From: Candidatus Micrarchaeota archaeon
Lineage (GTDB): Archaea > Micrarchaeota > Micrarchaeia > Anstonellales > Bilamarchaeaceae
Direction: 5' to 3'
Assembly: GCA_043827025.1 (NCBI GenBank)
Contig: JBDRPL010000010.1
Span: 5,834-69,833 of the forward strand
DNA: 64,000 nt
Numbering within the stretch: position 1 is the stretch's first letter; each line of letters starts with the position of its first letter. Below, one piece after another: positions 60,766 through 64,000 of this stretch. Both the position numbers and the translations under genes were made by a program. A model generated the notes under the pieces. That model searched no databases. It was given only the letters and a program-made list of their open reading frames with translations, and was not told the origin of the DNA.

Positions 60766-61305
60766 CTATTTTTTATCTTTTTTAAAATGGGATATCATAT
60801 ATTTTGGCACATCCTTGTTTTTAACCATTTTTTTAGCCTTATCCTCGACAGTTAAAAACTCTTTCGTACCAAAATGATGTGTAGCTAAGACCTCGATTGC
60901 TTCTTTTATTGAATTTTCTACTGAGTACCAACCAAAAAATTCACCCGTTTTAATAAGTTTTTTAGTTTCTTTGAAATCCTTGTTCTGTTCAATAACTACT
61001 ACGGGAATTAGTTTATGCGATAAAGCAGCAGCGGTAGTTTTATGGCCACCATCAACAAGGAAATATTCAGCACCAGGGTGATCTTCAAGAAACTTTCTTA
61101 AGAGTCTATTATATTGTGCAGATTTAAAATTTTGATCATTTAAGTAAGGGATGCCTAAGGATTTATGTATGACTGGACAAGGCGGTAAAATTTTACCCTG
61201 GTTTTTCATGAATATTCTAAAATAAATTCTAAGAATATGTTCGTTGTACACAGGATAATCTCTTAGGGTAATTATTTGCCAAGGATGTAATAATTTGTTC
61301 TTCAT
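60766..61305 (-). CDS. Hypothetical protein with ParB/Srx-like motif
   Basis: PP.PV ... YFLVDGGHK..AA....IPVVV. Confidence 0.6.
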   Translation of the reverse strand: MKNKLLHPWQIITLRDYPVYNEHILRIYFRIFMKNQGKILPPCPVIHKSLGIPYLNDQNFKSAQYNRLLRKFLEDHPGAEYFLVDGGHKTTAAALSHKLIPVVVIEQNKDFKETKKLIKTGEFFGWYSVENSIKEAIEVLATHHFGTKEFLTVEDKAKKMVKNKDVPKYMISHFKKDKK

Positions 61306-61418
61306 GATTTGAAATATTGTCTTCGTCTTTAATAACTTTATTGTTGGCCATTAGTTTAACCTCCTGCAAAAATCCCAAGCTGTTTAAATAATTTTCTTTC
61401 CCTATCCTATTGATACTT

Positions 61419-62735
61419 ATGTCAACCTTAGGATTTGAATTTGAATTGTTTCTTCTTAATAATGAAGGAAGAGTTGTCAATGAGTCAGACAGGGTAATGA
61501 AAGAAACAAAAGTTGATTTTTTTGTAAAAGAGATTTCAGAGTCCATGGTTGAAATAAGGGGAGAGCCTCATCTCCAGGTAAGGGGCATCCTAAGGAACTT
61601 TTTCGAAAATCTTGAAAAGCTCATTGAAATTTCCCAAAGGATGGACCTTTATTTTTATCCCTATGGGACATATCCTGGGAGGTCTTCGCCAAATTTTCGA
61701 AGTTCGACATGGTATGACACTATAAAAATGAATTTTGGATCAAGAGCCATTGAGATCTTTCCAAAAGTATGCGGGTTTCATTTTCATTTTTGTGCGCCCC
61801 CCGGGATTATTTCGGATCCAAGTGGGGAAATGGATTTTTCATTTGCAGTTAAAAATAAGAAAAAAGTGGACATACTTCTTGGATTATATAATTTTTTAGT
61901 TGCTGCAGACCCTGCAATAACGACTTTCATGCAATCCTCCCCATTTTTCGAAGGAAAATATTATGGCAAGGACAGTAGGATGGTGGTTTGGCGCAACTTC
62001 TCCAAGAAAGATGGGTTTCCTGTCGATGGCCTTTTTCTCAAGCATCCTCAATTCAACATTTTGCCCTCTTATAAGGATTCGGTGTATTCCATTAGTGACT
62101 CAGCTAGAAAAAATAAAGAATCATGGCTGGAGATGGTCGATAATTATTCCCATAATCTTGATCCTGAACTGATCCAAAGGCCATCTTTGAAATATGGCTG
62201 GGGCCCGGTTAGGGTCAATCCTATTGGGACTTTAGAACAGCGAGGGATGGATATGAATACTCCAATGCATGTTTTGGGGGTAAGTAGCCTGCTTAAGAGG
62301 ATTATGAAACCTATTTTTCATGGCGAATTAAAAGTTGTTGTTGCGGATTTTGCCATTAAGGAACCCTTCAAAATAGAGGGCGACACGATCTACATTCCTC
62401 CTTTTGAGCATGTTTATGATTTACAATTTGATTCAGCAAGGGATGGATTTGATAGCCCTAAAATTTATGAATATTGCAAGGCATTTTACCGTTCTGCCAT
62501 GAAATTAAATTCAGCCAACAAGATTCTTGTTAAAGAAATTGTGCACATGATTGAAAAAAATAAAACAAAATCCGATGATATTATCGCCATTGCAGGTAAA
62601 AAAGGTGTTGATTTGAAAACTGCAGAACCTTCCAACGAAGTCTGGGCATCCATAGCACTCAATCTGTCACACAAATTTTATGAACAGTCCCAAGAGGCCC
62701 TCAAATTGATTGGTGACAATTTTGAAGTAGCCTAA
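61419..62735 (+). CDS. Glutamate--cysteine ligase family 2 / carboxylate-amine ligase
   Basis: TLGFEFELFL, SMVEI, GFHFH, SSPFFEG....S.R, WGPVR.N..GTLEQR.MD. Confidence 0.8.
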   Translation: MSTLGFEFELFLLNNEGRVVNESDRVMKETKVDFFVKEISESMVEIRGEPHLQVRGILRNFFENLEKLIEISQRMDLYFYPYGTYPGRSSPNFRSSTWYDTIKMNFGSRAIEIFPKVCGFHFHFCAPPGIISDPSGEMDFSFAVKNKKKVDILLGLYNFLVAADPAITTFMQSSPFFEGKYYGKDSRMVVWRNFSKKDGFPVDGLFLKHPQFNILPSYKDSVYSISDSARKNKESWLEMVDNYSHNLDPELIQRPSLKYGWGPVRVNPIGTLEQRGMDMNTPMHVLGVSSLLKRIMKPIFHGELKVVVADFAIKEPFKIEGDTIYIPPFEHVYDLQFDSARDGFDSPKIYEYCKAFYRSAMKLNSANKILVKEIVHMIEKNKTKSDDIIAIAGKKGVDLKTAEPSNEVWASIALNLSHKFYEQSQEALKLIGDNFEVA

Positions 62736-64000
62736 CTTTCAATTATTTTCTTATAAATTTCCGCCAAGATATACAAACTTTTTGTTGTTGCATGCTCATA
62801 GCCCCTATGGTCATTTCCACCTATTGGGCCAATTTCGACTGCTGGAATGTCCTGTTCCAGGAAATAGCAGGCATCAGACTGCCCTTTGTTTTCAGATCCT
62901 TTCTTTGTTTTGCCATATACTTTTTTTGCTATGCCTTCAATCTCGCTTGCCCATTTTCCATCTGATTTAAGGGTTCTTTTTTTACATATAAGTTCTATGT
63001 CCTCTATCCCACAACTCTTTGCTACGTTTCTTAAATACTCGTTGATCCCTTCAGTATCATCATCCATTATCCTTATGTCCAGATAAAATTTTAGTGCTTC
63101 ACCGCTATGCTCAAGCCTGTTGCATGATATTGACGTTCCATATCCTGATTTTTCAGACCCAAAATCAAATACTTTCAGCTTATTTATGAATTTCAGCAGC
63201 TTGTCAATTGCAGGGTTTGTTGTGTCGTTACCATCAAACCAAACTCTTCCATGCGCAGGAACGACATTTGAAGGGCTTTCCCTTATTTTTCCTTGTTCCA
63301 GGTAACCTAATTCAATATCGCTCAGCCCCCATATCTTTCCGTTTACATAATCTTCTGCAATTGCAAATAGCGGATGTTTAGCCTTTCCTTCCCTGAATCG
63401 TTCTATGGAGAATTCAGAGCTGTGGAGTGATTGCCCGATATAAGTTCTTGCCATCAGCTTCTTGCCCTTTTTTTCACCAGGGATCCTCACTTTGAACATA
63501 TATTGTGCCCTTCTTTTAGTCGTTATGTTCAATTCAGTTGATTCTCCAACTATCGCATTTGTCCTTTTTTGGTCAATTGATTTTTCTTTTATTATTTGTT
63601 CAAGGGTTCTTTTGGTCCCTTCTCCCCTTGTTTCTTCATCAGGGACAAACATGAAAATTATCCTTCTTTTCATATTTCTTTTTTCTGCGCATTCCATTGC
63701 AGCCAGCATTGCGGCAACGCTTCCTTTCATGTCATATACTCCTTTTCCAAAGAATACATGCTTATTTTCGTATTCACCTTCAGTCAAGGTAAAATCATTC
63801 CAATTGTCACTATCTATTACAACGTCGTAATGTCCGTTGAATATGACCGTTTCTTCTTTGTTGCCAATACGCCCTACCAATGTGTCAAGTCCATTATAAT
63901 TATACTTTTTGACTTCCAATCCCATTTTTTTCATATTTTTTTCAAGGTAATCGACACATTTCTTCATTTCTTCATTATAACTCTTAGCATCAACACTTGT
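62732..64000 (-). CDS. M20 family metallopeptidase (ArgE/DapE-like); N-terminus may extend past the window
   Basis: FNGHYDVV, GKG..DMKG, DEE, VGEST, SDA, GP....H...E. Confidence 0.85.
   Translation of the reverse strand, partial: TSVDAKSYNEEMKKCVDYLEKNMKKMGLEVKKYNYNGLDTLVGRIGNKEETVIFNGHYDVVIDSDNWNDFTLTEGEYENKHVFFGKGVYDMKGSVAAMLAAMECAEKRNMKRRIIFMFVPDEETRGEGTKRTLEQIIKEKSIDQKRTNAIVGESTELNITTKRRAQYMFKVRIPGEKKGKKLMARTYIGQSLHSSEFSIERFREGKAKHPLFAIAEDYVNGKIWGLSDIELGYLEQGKIRESPSNVVPAHGRVWFDGNDTTNPAIDKLLKFINKLKVFDFGSEKSGYGTSISCNRLEHSGEALKFYLDIRIMDDDTEGINEYLRNVAKSCGIEDIELICKKRTLKSDGKWASEIEGIAKKVYGKTKKGSENKGQSDACYFLEQDIPAVEIGPIGGNDHRGYEHATTKSLYILAEIYKKIIES

Noticed and set aside
60590-60877. 95-aa ORF
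   Set aside because: Overlaps the tRNA intron and 3' exon
61229-61352. Short SD-preceded ORF (MANNKVIK...) overlapping the start of the 179-aa gene; possible frameshift
   Set aside because: No slippery site or homology evidence; cannot be supported

Overview
Gene-dense archaeal chromosome segment. Gene content and protein style suggest a DPANN archaeon, probably Micrarchaeota-like; this is inference, not a database result. Housekeeping genes include MCM, LeuRS, MetRS, Trm1, Trm5, TruD, KEOPS Bud32/Cgi121, Cdc48, RPA-like, S8e, CarS, ApgM, HARP plus Rnl3, SRP RNA and an intron-containing tRNA-Asn. There is also a type IV pilus/Tad-like locus and a non-oxidative pentose phosphate operon. The most striking feature is an operon of six tandem, divergent paralogous polytopic membrane proteins (18565-26108) with CedA/VirB6-like motifs. 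One carries an extra VirB2/TrbC-pilin-like N-terminal domain. The operon is preceded by a 28-bp TATA-containing direct repeat bracketing a hairpin-rich insert, and it is a candidate cell-contact/transfer channel. Other notable items: a two-gene surface operon (a possible beta-barrel protein plus a 1613-aa Cys-repeat/LamG lipoprotein), a barstar-like gene broken by a 114-bp palindromic mini-element, a highly structured ~265-nt intergenic region, and a divergent winged-helix/coiled-coil gene pair next to cdc48. All protein calls come from motif recognition by eye.
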